Source: Chiloscyllium plagiosum (taxonomy: Eukaryota). From it: a stretch of 64,000 nucleotides of DNA. Below are positions 52,773-64,000 of the stretch, one piece after another. Location of the stretch: NCBI RefSeq assembly GCF_004010195.1, contig NC_057751.1:15915969-15979968 (forward strand). Direction: 5' to 3'. The notes beneath the pieces were generated by a model. The model was given only the letters and a program-made list of their open reading frames with translations. It ran no database searches and had not been told where the DNA came from. Numbering within the stretch: position 1 is the stretch's first letter; every line of letters begins with the position of its first letter. The position numbers were made by a program, and so were the translations under genes.

Positions 52773-53433
52773 GAAATATATTACAAGTAATAACACAGCA
52801 CATATCCTGAAATAACTATTTTATCTGCTCGATGTTTCTTGATGTCCGGAACATTTAAGGAAAATGTACAAACACATCAATAGTTTGCACTTACTTATGG
52901 AATGCATAGGCAGTCTATGTTTTGAGAGATGGTCTGTATGGCGCCAAATGAATGCGTCTTTTAAAACTACAGATTCTTTTTAAATTCGAAAAAAAAATGC
53001 AAATTAGTCATTCGGATAAATGGGCGCCGTTCGGCCGAAAGCGTCTCGCCTGGCAAACAAACCTGACCTCTTTCTCCAGCAATTCCTCCCCCTCCAGCCC
53101 CACCCGTTATCCATCCCTCCCTCATTTTAACGCAACAGTTGTATTTTCTTTGAGGACTAGTTTCTTCTCTGCATTGTGCCATTCGAGCGGCGGGCTGTAC
53201 TGTCTACTCATTCTGTTCACTCGAGACCTGAAACAAAGGGCAAAAGTTTTGAATGGGCGTGTGTGTGTGTGCGTAGTTTTGCAGACAAAAAAAAAATCCA
53301 CCAGGATTTCTAAGAACAGCAAAGTCACTGACACGGGAGAAATGGGCGAGAGTGCCCCGGAAATTACTTGCAATATTTAATGTTGATGCTACCTCTTGGA
53401 CAGCAACTTATCAAAAAGTTCCAAAATAGTCAG

Positions 53434-53504
53434 TGCGCCGCCCGGGAATCGAACCCGGGTCGCAAGAATGGGAATCTTGCATGATACCACTACACCAGCG
53501 GCGC
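53434..53504 (-). tRNA. tRNA-Gly-CCC: tRNA-Gly(CCC)
   Basis: GCGCCGCTGGTGTAGTGGTATCATGCAAGATTCCCATTCTTGCGACCCGGGTTCGATTCCCGGGCGGCGCA: 71 nt, perfect 7-bp acceptor stem, A and B boxes, CCC anticodon at 53470-53472, T4/T5 Pol III terminators at 53423-53426 and 53413-53417. Confidence 0.98.
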
Positions 53505-54239
53505 AGTACATACTAACCCCTCAGACATCAGACTATGGCAATAGGTGCCAAATATTGATACCTAACACTGTTTTCTGTCCTGTTGTCATCTTTCTCCTTC
53601 ACAATTTTCATCATTCTATCGCTCATTTTTTAAAATTATTAGCCTAACTTCGTCCAACATTATGTGAGAATGTGTCTTTTTTCATCTTTCAGAGTTTTTT
53701 TTTCCAAAAAATCAGATTGAAACATTTTCATTTTACTCCCCACCAATTCTGAGATAAGTATCATAGCATCATGCAGCGCAAAAACAGACCTCTCGGTCCA
53801 ACCAGTCCGTAGTCCCAAACTAAACCGCCCCATCTGCCTGCGTTTGGCCCATATCCCTCCAAGCCTTTCCTATTCATGGACTTATCCAAATGTCTTTTAA
53901 ACGTTGTAATTGCACCCACGTCCACCACTTCCTCTGGAAAGTCATTCCACACGCGACAGAGCGTGCTTAAAATCCATGTCCAAAAAGGCGAGAAGGTAGT
54001 TTCAGGTTTAGGCTATGGACAGGCCAAATGGCTCTAGCCAGTTGTTCAATAGGATCGGAAATTTACCTGTCCACCCCATCCCACTGTCTCCCCTCCCCCA
54101 CCAACACACACACACAGATCTGACTTATGGAGGTGGAAATTGCAGTGATTTATTATTAAGGGAGTTAAGTTTTTTAAGGGGGGACTTCCTGAAGTTAAGC
54201 CGCCTCCCCCCACAGCATCAATCCTGTTCCTCTCTGGCA

Positions 54240-54700
54240 GGACTGCAGATGCTGGAGATTAGAGTCAAGATTAGAATGGTTTTGGAAAAGTACTGCGAAT
54301 CAGGCAGCATCCGAGGAGCAGGAAAATCGACATTTCGGGCTAAAGCCCTTCATCAGGAATGAGGGTGGGAGCCTCGGGGGTGGAGAGATAAATGGGAGGG
54401 GGTTGGGGCTGGGGAGAAGGTAGCTGAGAGTACAATAGGTGGATGGAGGTGAGGGTAAAAGTGATAGGTCAGAGAGGAAGGTGGAGCAGATAGGTGGGAA
54501 GGAAGATTGACAGGTAGGACAGGTCATGGGGACGGTGCTGAGCAGGAAGGTTGGAACTAGGAGGAGGGGAAATGAGGAATCTGGTGAAGTCCACATTGAT
54601 GCCATGGGGTTGAAGGGTCCTGATGCGAAAGATGAGGCGTTCTTCCTCCAGGATGCTGCCTGACCTGCTGTGCTTTTCCAGCACCACTCTAATCTTGACC
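54240..54700 (-). mobile_element. Penelope-like element 3' end with terminal inverted repeat
   Basis: EEERLIFRIRTLQPHGINVDFTRF (typical PLE ORF C-terminus), pyrimidine-rich 3' UTR, then CTGATGA...GAAA motif. Confidence 0.8.
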
Positions 54701-55084
54701 CTGTTCCTCTCTGCCCACACTGTCTTACGCAATTCTGTCCAATTCTCTGGCACTTAACTTTCCAAGAATCTTTGCCAACCTTCTCCAAACTTCTGGAGCA
54801 TGAGAACAATCAGACGTATCAGATAGAATCTATTTCCAATACCTTTCTGTCCCGAAGAATGGCCATGCTGGACTTGAAATGTTAACTCTGTTCTTCTCTC
54901 TCTCCCTCTCCAGTGATTCTCTCAGCCCTGCTGAGTTTCTCCAGCATTCTCTGTGATTGTTACAGTCAGAGGCCTCGCTTATTGTTTAACATTTGATGCG
55001 ATCCACCTCGGGAAATGTACCTACATATAAGAGACCTGAAATAGGTGACAGGCAGATTACTGTATTTTAGCTTGACTCCTCAAT

Positions 55085-57675
55085 CTCTCTTCATTCCCTT
55101 ATATCTGGAATCAATCATGGGAACCTTCTCCGGAACTACATCCCTCCTCAAGTAAGGGGACTAAAACTGCACACAATACTCCAGGTGCGGACTCACGAAT
55201 GTGTTGCACAGTCGCACCAAGACTTCCCTGCTTTTAAACCATATTTCTTGAGCAATAAATGCCAAAATTTCACATGAACTTAAGAACTAGGAGCAGGAGT
55301 AGGCCATTTGGTCCCTCAAGCCTGCCCTGCCATTCAATAAGATCATGGCTAACCTTTTCGTGGACTCAGCTCCACTTACCCGGCCCGCTCACTATAACCC
55401 CTAATTTCCTTCACTGTTCAAACATCTCCCTTTGCCCTGAAAACATTCAACGAGGTAGCCTCAACTGCTTCACTGGGTGGGGAATGCCACAGATTCACAA
55501 CACTTTGGGTGAAGAAATTCCTCCTCAACCCAGTCCTAAATCTGCTCCCTCCCTTACTTTGAGGCAATGTCCCCCAGTTGTAGATGCACCCGCGAGTGGA
55601 AACGACCTCCCCGCTTCCATCTTATCGACTCCCGTCATCATTTTCATATGTTTCTGTAAGATCCTCCCTCATTCCAATGAGTATAGTCCCAGTCTACTCA
55701 ATCTCTCCTCATAAGCCAAACCTCTCAACTCCGGAATCAACCCAGTGAACCTCCTCTGCACCCTCTTGAGTGCCAGTACATCCTTTCTCAAGTGAGGAGA
55801 CCAAAACTGTGCACAGTACTCCAGGTGTAGCCTCACCAGCACCCTAAATAGCTGCAGAATCACCTCCCTTCTTTTGCCTTCCTTTATACCTGTTGCTCGA
55901 GTCACCTTACCCTTCCAGAGTATTCAGGGCACATTTCACAAACAAAGGCAACCTCCTTATTGCCTTGTGTGCGGTGGGAGGTTATCTGATCAGGGTCACC
56001 ATTGTCCTACAGGGTATGTGCCCTATTTCAGTAGTGTGAGCCAATGGCTTTGGCCCTATCCACAAGCTTGCCCATAAAACTAACCTCACTGCAGGAATCT
56101 CAATGTTTTACTGACCAGTGAAGTTAGTTTTGCAGTGCACAGTCATAGAGATGCACCTGGCCAACTCCTCATCGAGGACATTGAAGAAAATGAACCCATT
56201 TCAGTCTTCCATTTCAAACATGAATTCGTGAGCTGGATACAGCCCATTAACGCCATAAGACACAGGAGCAGAAATTAGGCCATTCAGCCCATCGCGTCTG
56301 CTCTGCCATTCAATCATGGCTGATACATTTCTCAACCCCATTCTCCCGCTTTCTCCCCTTAACCCTTGATCCCCTTGATACTCAAGAAACTATCTGTATC
56401 CATCTTAAATATACTCAATGACCTGGCCCCCACAGCCTTCTGTGGCAGTGAATTCCATAGATTCACTACTCTCTAGCTGAAGAAGTTTCTCCTTACCTTT
56501 GTTCTCAAACGTCTTCCCTTTACTCTAAGGCTATGCCCTTGAGTCCCAGCCTCTCCTACCGATGGAAACATCTCCCCAACATCCACTCAGTATTCTGTAT
56601 GTTTCAATTAGATCCCCCCCCCCCCCCCTCATCCTTCTAAACTCCGAGTATAAACTCAGAGTCCTCAAATGTTCCTCATGTGTTAAGCTTTTCATTCCTG
56701 GGACCATTCTCATGATCCTCCTCTGAACACACTCTAAGGCCAGTGCATCCTTCCTGAAAAATGGGGCCCGAAACTGCACACAATACTCCAAATGTGGTCT
56801 GACCAGAACCTTATAGAGCCTCAGAAGTATATCCCTGCTTTCATATTCAACCCCTCTCAAAATAAATACCATCATTGTATTTGACTTCCTAACTACTGAC
56901 TCAACCTGCAAGCTTACCTTGAGAGAATCCTGGACTAGAACTCCCAAGTCTCTTTGCACTTCAGACTTCTGAATGCTCTCCCCATTTAGAAACCAGTCTG
57001 AGCCTCTATTCTCCGTACCAAAGTGCATGACCTCACACTTTCCCACGTTGTACTCCATCTGCCACTTCTTTGCCCGCTCTCCTAGCCTATCCAAATCCTA
57101 CTGCAATCTCCCCACCTCCTCAATGCTACCTGTTCCTCTACTGTCTTTGTATTGTCTGCAAACCTCTCCAGATTGTCCTCAGTTCCTTCATCTGGATGGT
57201 TAATGTACAAAGTGAAAGGTTGAGGCCCCAACACCTAGCCTTGCGGAACACCACTTGTTGCCAGCTGCCATTCTGAGAAGGACCCTTTTATCCCCACTCT
57301 CTGCTTTTTGCCAGACAGCCAAGCTTCTATCAATTGCTAGCACCTTACCTCTGACACCATTGGCCCTTATCTTACTCAGTAGCCCCCTGTGTGGTACTTT
57401 GTCAAAGGCCTCCTTGAAATCCAGGTAGATAACATCCATTGGCTCTCCATAGTTTAACCAACTCGTTACTTCCTCAAACAATTCTAGCAGATTTGTCAGG
57501 TATGAAACCATGCTGACTTTGCCCTATTTTACCATACACTTCCAACTATTCAGAAATCTCATCCTTCACAATGGATTCCAGGATCTTACCCACGATCGAG
57601 GTTAGGCTAATCAATCTGTAATTTTCCATGTTTTGCCTTACTCCCTTTTTAAGCAGGGGTGCCACCTCAGCGATT
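55085..57675 (-). mobile_element. Cluster of CR1 LINE fragments (about 55085-55870 and 56255-57675)
   Basis: ORFs 55669..55905, 56531..57094 (WQMEYNVGKCEVMHFG...VRPHLEYCVQF) and 57200..57511 (YLDFKEAFDKVPH). Confidence 0.92.
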
Positions 57676-57679
57676 TTCC

Positions 57680-59335
57680 ACCCAGAGAGCGTCCTTCACC
57701 GAGTTGATGATACTCCAGGCGCAGTTGATGTTCGTCTCGGTGTGCGTCCCGGGGAACAGGCCGTAGAGCACGGAGTCCCGCATCACGGCGCTGCTCAGGA
57801 CGAACCTCGACAAACACCACTGCATTCCTCTCCAGACTTCCTCTGCATAGGCACATTCCAGAAGGAGGTGTGTGACAGTCTCGTCCCCCCCCGCAGCCGC
57901 TTCGAGGGCAGCATGCGGTGCGGCAGAGAGTCCGGGCGTGCATAAANNNNNNNNNNNNNNNNNNNNNNNNNNNNNNNNNNNNNNNNNNNNNNNNNNNNNN
58001 NNNNNNNNNNNNNNNNNNNNNNNNNNNNNNNNNNNNNNNNNNNNNNNNNNNNNNNNNNNNNNNNNNNNNNNNNNNNNNNNNNNNNNNNNNNNNNNNNNNN
58101 NNNNNNNNNNNNNNNNNNNNNNNNNNNNNNNNNNNNNNNNNNNNNNNNNNNNNNNNNNNNNNNNNNNNNNNNNNNNNNNNNNNNNNNNNNNNNNNNNNNN
58201 NNNNNNNNNNNNNNNNNNNNNNNNNNNNNNNNNNNNNNNNNNNNNNNNNNNNNNNNNNNNNNNNNNNNNNNNNNNNNNNNNNNNNNNNNNNNNNNNNNNN
58301 NNNNNNNNNNNNNNNNNNNNNNNNNNNNNNNNNNNNNNNNNNNNNNNNNNNNNNNNNNNNNNNNNNNNNNNNNNNNNNNNNNNNNNNNNNNNNNNNNNNN
58401 NNNNNNNNNNNNNNNNNNNNNNNNNNNNNNNNNNNNNNNNNNNNNNNNNNNNNNNNNNNNNNNNNNNNNNNNNNNNNNNNNNNNNNNNNNNNNNNNNNNN
58501 NNNNNNNNNNNNNNNNNNNNNNNNNNNNNNNNNNNNNNNNNNNNNNNNNNNNNNNNNNNNNNNNNNNNNNNNNNNNNNNNNNNNNNNNNNNNNNNNNNNN
58601 NNNNNNNNNNNNNNNNNNNNNNNNNNNNNNNNNNNNNNNNNNNNNNNNNNNNNNNNNNNNNNNNNNNNNNNNNNNNNNNNNNNNNNNNNNNNNNNNNNNN
58701 NNNNNNNNNNNNNNNNNNNNNNNNNNNNNNNNNNNNNNNNNNNNNNNNNNNNNNNNNNNNNNNNNNNNNNNNNNNNNNNNNNNNNNNNNNNNNNNNNNNN
58801 NNNNNNNNNNNNNNNNNNNNNNNNNNNNNNNNNNNNNNNNNNNNNNNNNNNNNNNNNNNNNNNNNNNNNNNNNNNATCGTATCCCTGGGGAGTGCGAGAC
58901 TCTCAGCGATCTTCCTGCCTGGCACAGCACAGGTTTGGTCAGGGTGGATCACCGATCCCAGAGCAGACCTGACCCGGTTGGCGATGACCTTTGACAAGAT
59001 TTTGTAGTCTGTGTTTAACAGTGAGATTGGTCTCCAATTTTTGAGTTCCTCCCTCTCCCCCTTCCGTTTGTAGATGAGGGTGATGATGCCTTTTCTCATG
59101 GATTCACTCATGGTACCTGCCCGAAGCATACTGACATACACCTCCAGCAGGTCCTGGCCAATCAAGTCCCACAGAGCGGAATAGAGCTCGACCGGTAAGC
59201 CGTCGCTTCCGGGAGTTTTATTCTTTTCGAAGGACTCGAGGGCCTTGGTCAGCTAGTCCAGCCTCTCGCATGTTCTGTTGTCTAAGACCTCCGTGATAGA
59301 GGACAGGAACGACTGGGATGCCGTGCTGTCGGTTG
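57680..59335 (-). mobile_element. Tx1/L1-clade LINE ORF2 fragment spanning an assembly gap
   Basis: MRKGIITLIYKRKGEREELKNWRPISLLNTDYKILSKVIANR...IHPDQTCAVPGRKI; GC-rich and CpG-intact, so probably young. Confidence 0.9.
57947..58875. other. Assembly gap (N)
   Basis: Run of N; the long X-filled ORFs are artefacts. Confidence 1.
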
Positions 59336-61069
59336 ATTCCTGCCAAATTTGATCTGCACCACAAGCTCAGTTACCTTATTCCTTATACTGTGTGCATTCA
59401 GATATAACACCTTCAGTCCTAACCATCCCTCTTCTCATTGTCATTAGTTTGCCCAGTGTGTTTGAAGTTTGATTGCTAATCCTTTCTATACACTCTGTCA
59501 TATTTATGTATTTAAGACATGTAAGAAAATATTTACGTGCAGCTACCAGATTCAAATATTGCAAACATTTTATCCACGTCAGAAATACGCCGTACCTCAG
59601 CCAATCAGAGTCGACCAATCAGCTACCTCCTCTTGTGCAGCACAAATGTCGATTTCTCCTGTTGAATTGGGAATTCTTGCAAAGTGTCCTGACGTGCACA
59701 AGAGGGAAATTGTTGACAAAAAGTCTTACTCAGAAAGGCTGGGTTAGGTTGAGACCATAGGATGAAGGCTGACAGCAGGTGGACAGACAGGAAAGTGGAG
59801 TTGAGGCCATAACAATCAGCCATGATCTTGGTACATCTCCTGACCCTTGCGTCTTTGTGTTCATTAGTCAGGTCCCAGGATTGAATCGTGCATCAGCAAG
59901 ATCTGAGCCATTTGTACAAAAGCAATCTCTCGTAGACTTGATGGTGGCCACAACATTATGGAGGGCACACACCATTCAAATTACCAGCTTGGGCACAATG
60001 CTGCGCCGCAAATGCCTGTTTCCATACTTTCCCTGCTGCCACACAGCACTTTGTTAAACCATCCTGTACCTTATGCTAAGGTCGGAACAGATCTTGGCTT
60101 CCAGGCACCTCTCTCACCGTGGGTTTTCCAGAATGATTGTGGTGTTATTCTGACTCGAGACACCAGGTGGCACCTCAATCTTGTGGATCATCATTCAATT
60201 GTCAGGGTTCGGGTGATTCCAGATATCAAGGCAGACCCTTTGCTATTCCTCTGCTTTTTTTCACTGGAGACTTCAATGCCTGTAAATTCAGGGGGATTTC
60301 TGGGTTTTTTTTGCCTCTGAGAGAGCAGCACTCAATGCAATGGAGCGTCAGTCTTGATTTCTGTGCTCTTCAAGTAAGACTTGAACCCACATTGTGATGC
60401 TACTCATGCGTGCTACCCACAGAATCACAGCTGGCTCACAAGAGAAACCCAATTTTCCTTTATTGTTGGAGCGTGAGTGTTGCTGCTTACTTGTCGAGCG
60501 AGAGAGAGAGAGAGAATAGCAGAAATCCAGTAAAAGTACAGGCCCTGTGTATAAGTCTGCATTAGCTCCACACAAATCAGACATACCAAGGGTCAATTGC
60601 ATTTTATTTACATCTGTACACAATAACACTAACAATTCGGAAAGAAGTTTCACAGAAGAGTACTTTATTTGTGGAAAATGGGAATTGATGAATGATTGGA
60701 ACGACCGAGACAAGGTTATCTCCTCAATGCAAGGAAACTCTCCGGGCCAAAAGCTGTCACAATTTCTACCTTGGCTTGGTGGGGTGTGACCTGGGGCTGT
60801 GATCATTCACTTAAACCTATATGAGCTGACGCAGTCTCCTCTTCCCACCCCTGACACTGCTCCGGCATTGTCTTTCGTATAATAAAATTGTATGGCTTAC
60901 TTAGAATATTTACGCCATCTCTAGCACTCCTAAAATTTGTTTGAGAAGAACAAAGGGAACATGGGCGCTCCTGGTAAGGGCAGGATTTGTTACTCATCTC
61001 TAATTGCTGTTGAACTCACTAGGCCACTTTGGAGGACAGTTACCAGTCAACACTATTTTTCTTATTCAC

Positions 61070-61930
61070 TCATAGGATGTAAACATCACTGGCTGGGCCC
61101 AGGATTTATTACCCTGCCCCCTTATGCCCCATTGAGAAGGTGGGGGTGAGCTGCCTCCTTGAACTGCTGCAGTCCCGTGTGGTGTAGGGACCCCCCCCAC
61201 ACTGCCCTCAGGGAGGGAGTTCGAGGATTCTGATCCAGCGACACCGAAGGAACGGCCGACAGGTTTCCAAGTCAGGATGGTGACTGGCTCATAGGGGAAA
61301 TTGCAGGGGGTGGTGTTACCATGTATCTACTGCCCTGGTCCTCCAAATGGGTTTGCTGTTTGAGGAGCCTTGGTAAATTGATGCAGTGCATCTGCTGCTA
61401 CTGAGTGTCTGTGGTGGAGGAAGTGGATGTTTATGGGTGTGATGCCAATCAAGCGGGGGCTGCTTTGTCTTGGATGGTGTCGAGCTTCTTGAGTGTTGTT
61501 GGAACGGCCCCCATCCAGGCCAAGCGTGGAATATTCCATCACACGCTCCAGACTTGTGTCTAGTCAATGGTGGACAGGCTTTAGGGAGTTACATGCTCCA
61601 GAATTCTGAGCATCTCACCTGCTCTTGTAGCCACTGTGTTTATGTGGGGCTGGTCCAGTTGAGTTTCTGATCACTGATAACCCCCAGAATTTGATAATGG
61701 GGGGGGTGATTCAGTGATGTTAACACCATTGAATGTCAAGGGGCGGTGGTTAGATTCTCTCTTACCTGGCACTTGTGTTCATTGCCTGGCACTTGTGTGG
61801 TGCGAATGTTACTTGCCACTTGTCAGGCCAAGGCTGGATTTTATCTTGTATTTAAACTTGGACTGCTTCAGTGTCTGAGGAATGGTGAATGGTGCTGAAC
61901 ATTCCCACTTCCGACCTTACGATGGAGGGA
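61070..61930 (-). mobile_element. Second CR1/Jockey-group LINE family 3' fragment (relatives near 18255-18910, 42200-43060 and 51140-51520)
   Basis: Frameshifted remnants MEYSTL...NTQEARHHPRQSS; shared GAGAAGGTGG.GGTGAGCTGCC tail. Confidence 0.7.
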
Positions 61931-62154
61931 AGGTCAGACTCGCTTTCAATTTCACATTTATTGATTGGAAGGGCCACTTGACGCTCTGCTGGGATTCGAA
62001 CCCCCTGTTCCCCAGGCATGAACCATGGCGTCTGGATTACCATCCCATTACCACAACACCAGCCTTCCACCCATTGTTGGGGTTCGTTACCCGGACACCG
62101 AAGGCCTCCATTTATCCTCCAGCGGCAGCGTGCGAGTTAGTGTCCAGAGGCTGC

Positions 62155-62289
62155 CTATGACGGGAAGCTGGGGAGGGGGAAGAACCGGGAGATCCTGTGC
62201 AGCGAGGATTTGGTGGTGTCTGGCTCGCTGCTCCGCCGGGAAGTGACCTCCTGCTGCTGGCGTTTACGTGTAAGCTCTTCCTCGAGGAT
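62155..62289 (-). CDS. Candidate terminal coding exon of an unidentified gene (ILEEELTRKRQQQEVTSRRSSEPDTTKSSLHRISRFFPLPSFPS*)
   Basis: acgtttctgcag| acceptor, 44 codons plus TAG, GC-rich third positions, AATAAA at 61957-61962 about 190 nt downstream. Confidence 0.55.
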   Translation of the reverse strand: MLEEELTRKRQQQEVTSRRSSEPDTTKSSLHRISRFFPLPSFPS

Positions 62290-62803
62290 CTGCAGAAACG
62301 TAATAACCCAGGCAAAGCTCCAGTGAATACTGACACGGCATCGGAGATCACAGTCAGACCCTCACTCATGACAGAATGCTGGCCCGATTTCCCAATACCT
62401 TCCTGCTGGGACACGAGCCCCTCAACACTTCGGTCAAGGCTATACTTTCTTTTTTAATTCACTCACGGGATTAGGGCATCACAGGCTAGGCCAGCATTTA
62501 TTACCCATTCCTCAATGTCCAGAGGGCAATTAAGAGTCAACCACATTGCTGTGGGTCAAGACTCACATTGCTCTGGTCAAGACCAGATTTCCTTCCCGGA
62601 AGGGCATTAGCGAACCAGATGGGTTTTTCCGAATATTGACCAAGGTCCTCATGAGATTCTTAATTCCAGATTTATATTGAATTCAAATTCCACCATCTGG
62701 GTTTCGAACCCAGGTCCCCAGAACATTACCTGGGTCTCTGGATTAACACACCAGTGATAATACCACCAAGCTAACACCTCCTCTGGATCCAAATCCAAGG
62801 TTG

Positions 62804-63432
62804 TGTAGCGATTGTGACCCGGTCAGACAGGCAGACCGCACAGAATTTGAGTTCCCCAACTGGGGCTGTTAACCAGGTCCAATCAGGGAGGAGAAAGTGA
62901 GGACTGCAGATGCTGGAGATCAGAGCTGAAAACGTGTTGCTGGAAAAGTGCAGCAGGTCAGGCAGCATCCAGGGAACAGGAGAATCGACGTTTCGGGCAT
63001 AAGCCCTTCTTCAGGAATGAGGAAAGTTTGTCCAGCAGGCTAAGATAAAAGGTAGGGAGGAGGGACTTGGGGGAGGGGCGTCGGAAATGTGATAGGTCCA
63101 GCAGGCTAAGATAAAAGATAGGGAGGAGGGACTTGGGGGAGGGGCGTCGGAAATGCGATAGGTGGAAAGAGGTCAAGGTGAGGGTGATAGGTCAGACTGG
63201 GATGGGGGCGGAGAGGTCAGGAAGAAGATTGCAGGTTAGGAAGGCAGTGCTGAGTTCGATGGATTTGACTGAGACAAGGTGGGGGGAGGGGAAATGAGCC
63301 CTGGCTGACAGACAGAAACAGAAGGGTCGGAGGTTCTGTTCACTCTAAGAGTTGGCTCTGTATCAGGGACTCTCTGCATGTAAATAAAGGGTGACTTGGT
63401 GACATGCTATTGGCCTCTCTGGAATTATTTCA
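62804..63432 (+). mobile_element. Probable solo LTR interrupted by the Penelope-like fragment
   Basis: TG...CA ends, CCAAT before the break and AATAAA after it, near-matching 4-bp flanks GTTG/GGTG. Confidence 0.5.
62889..63297 (-). mobile_element. Penelope-like 3' fragment containing an internal ~67-bp tandem duplication
   Basis: Same terminal sequence family as 54240-54360; about 63030-63096 is repeated at about 63097-63163. Confidence 0.75.
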
Positions 63433-64000
63433 GGTGGGCCTGGAGATTAAAAGGTAATCAGGGACAAAGTTTTAGTGAGGCCCTTTCCAATGCATGTGGG
63501 GATAGCTCAGCTCTTCGGAGATTATTTTTTGAGGAGCGATCCCTTATACCGCTTGGGAAAACGAAGCAGCTTTTCATTGGCATGGTGCCTTGCCCAGCCT
63601 CCGAAGCTGCAAGACTCTGTGGGGAGTTTGCTCCTTTTGCAGAGAGATGGGGTGGGCTGGGGTGATGTTTAATTTTCCTGGGCTTACAGGGTTCAGTTGG
63701 CTGAATGTGACATCCTTCTGAATGGGTTGCCACATTGATCTGATGCAATATTCCAAACAATAACAACTTGGATTTATATATCCTTTTCAGCAAACACTTG
63801 GGAGTACTTTGGGAATGGAGAGGTGCAAGCATTAACAGATAACAAGTCCCCCTGCCATGTAAGGAGGCATGAGAATGGACTGACCGTTAGCTTAGACAAT
63901 CAGCTCTGAGGAGGGATGCCATTGGAGGGCTAAGGGGAAAAGACAGGAGACTCGTCCTAGCCCAGATACTCTTACAGTGAGGTAGAGAGTTGGCGAGGGG

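Noticed and set aside
57638..59165. Long ORFs of 358-456 aa
   Set aside because: Open only because of the 929-nt N gap; the real part is Tx1-like RT.

Overview
Eukaryotic (vertebrate) genomic DNA, not prokaryotic. The repeat content (HE1-type tRNA SINEs, CR1/HER1 LINEs, Penelope-like elements) points to an elasmobranch, probably a shark (inference). The main feature is a complete minus-strand TIA1-family gene: 12 coding exons from 48879 to 10216, all GT-AG, splicing by hand into a 1137-nt ORF (378 aa, three RRMs plus a Q/G/Y-rich prion-like tail). It is flanked by its own CpG promoter (~48700-49420), a tRNA-Gly(CCC) gene (53434-53504, minus strand) and a second CpG promoter with a probable non-coding first exon at the window start. 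The most interesting region is the ~10.5-kb intron splitting RRM2 (21289-31769). It holds a stop-containing cassette exon and a second cassette exon resembling the mammalian TIA1 autoregulatory exons, a candidate 27-nt poison microexon and a candidate recursive AG|GTAAGT site. Many Penelope-derived palindromic elements carry minimal hammerhead-ribozyme cores. A probable terminal coding exon of an unidentified gene lies at 62155-62289. Two N gaps limit what can be seen. Homology statements come from recall, not searches, and repeat boundaries are approximate.
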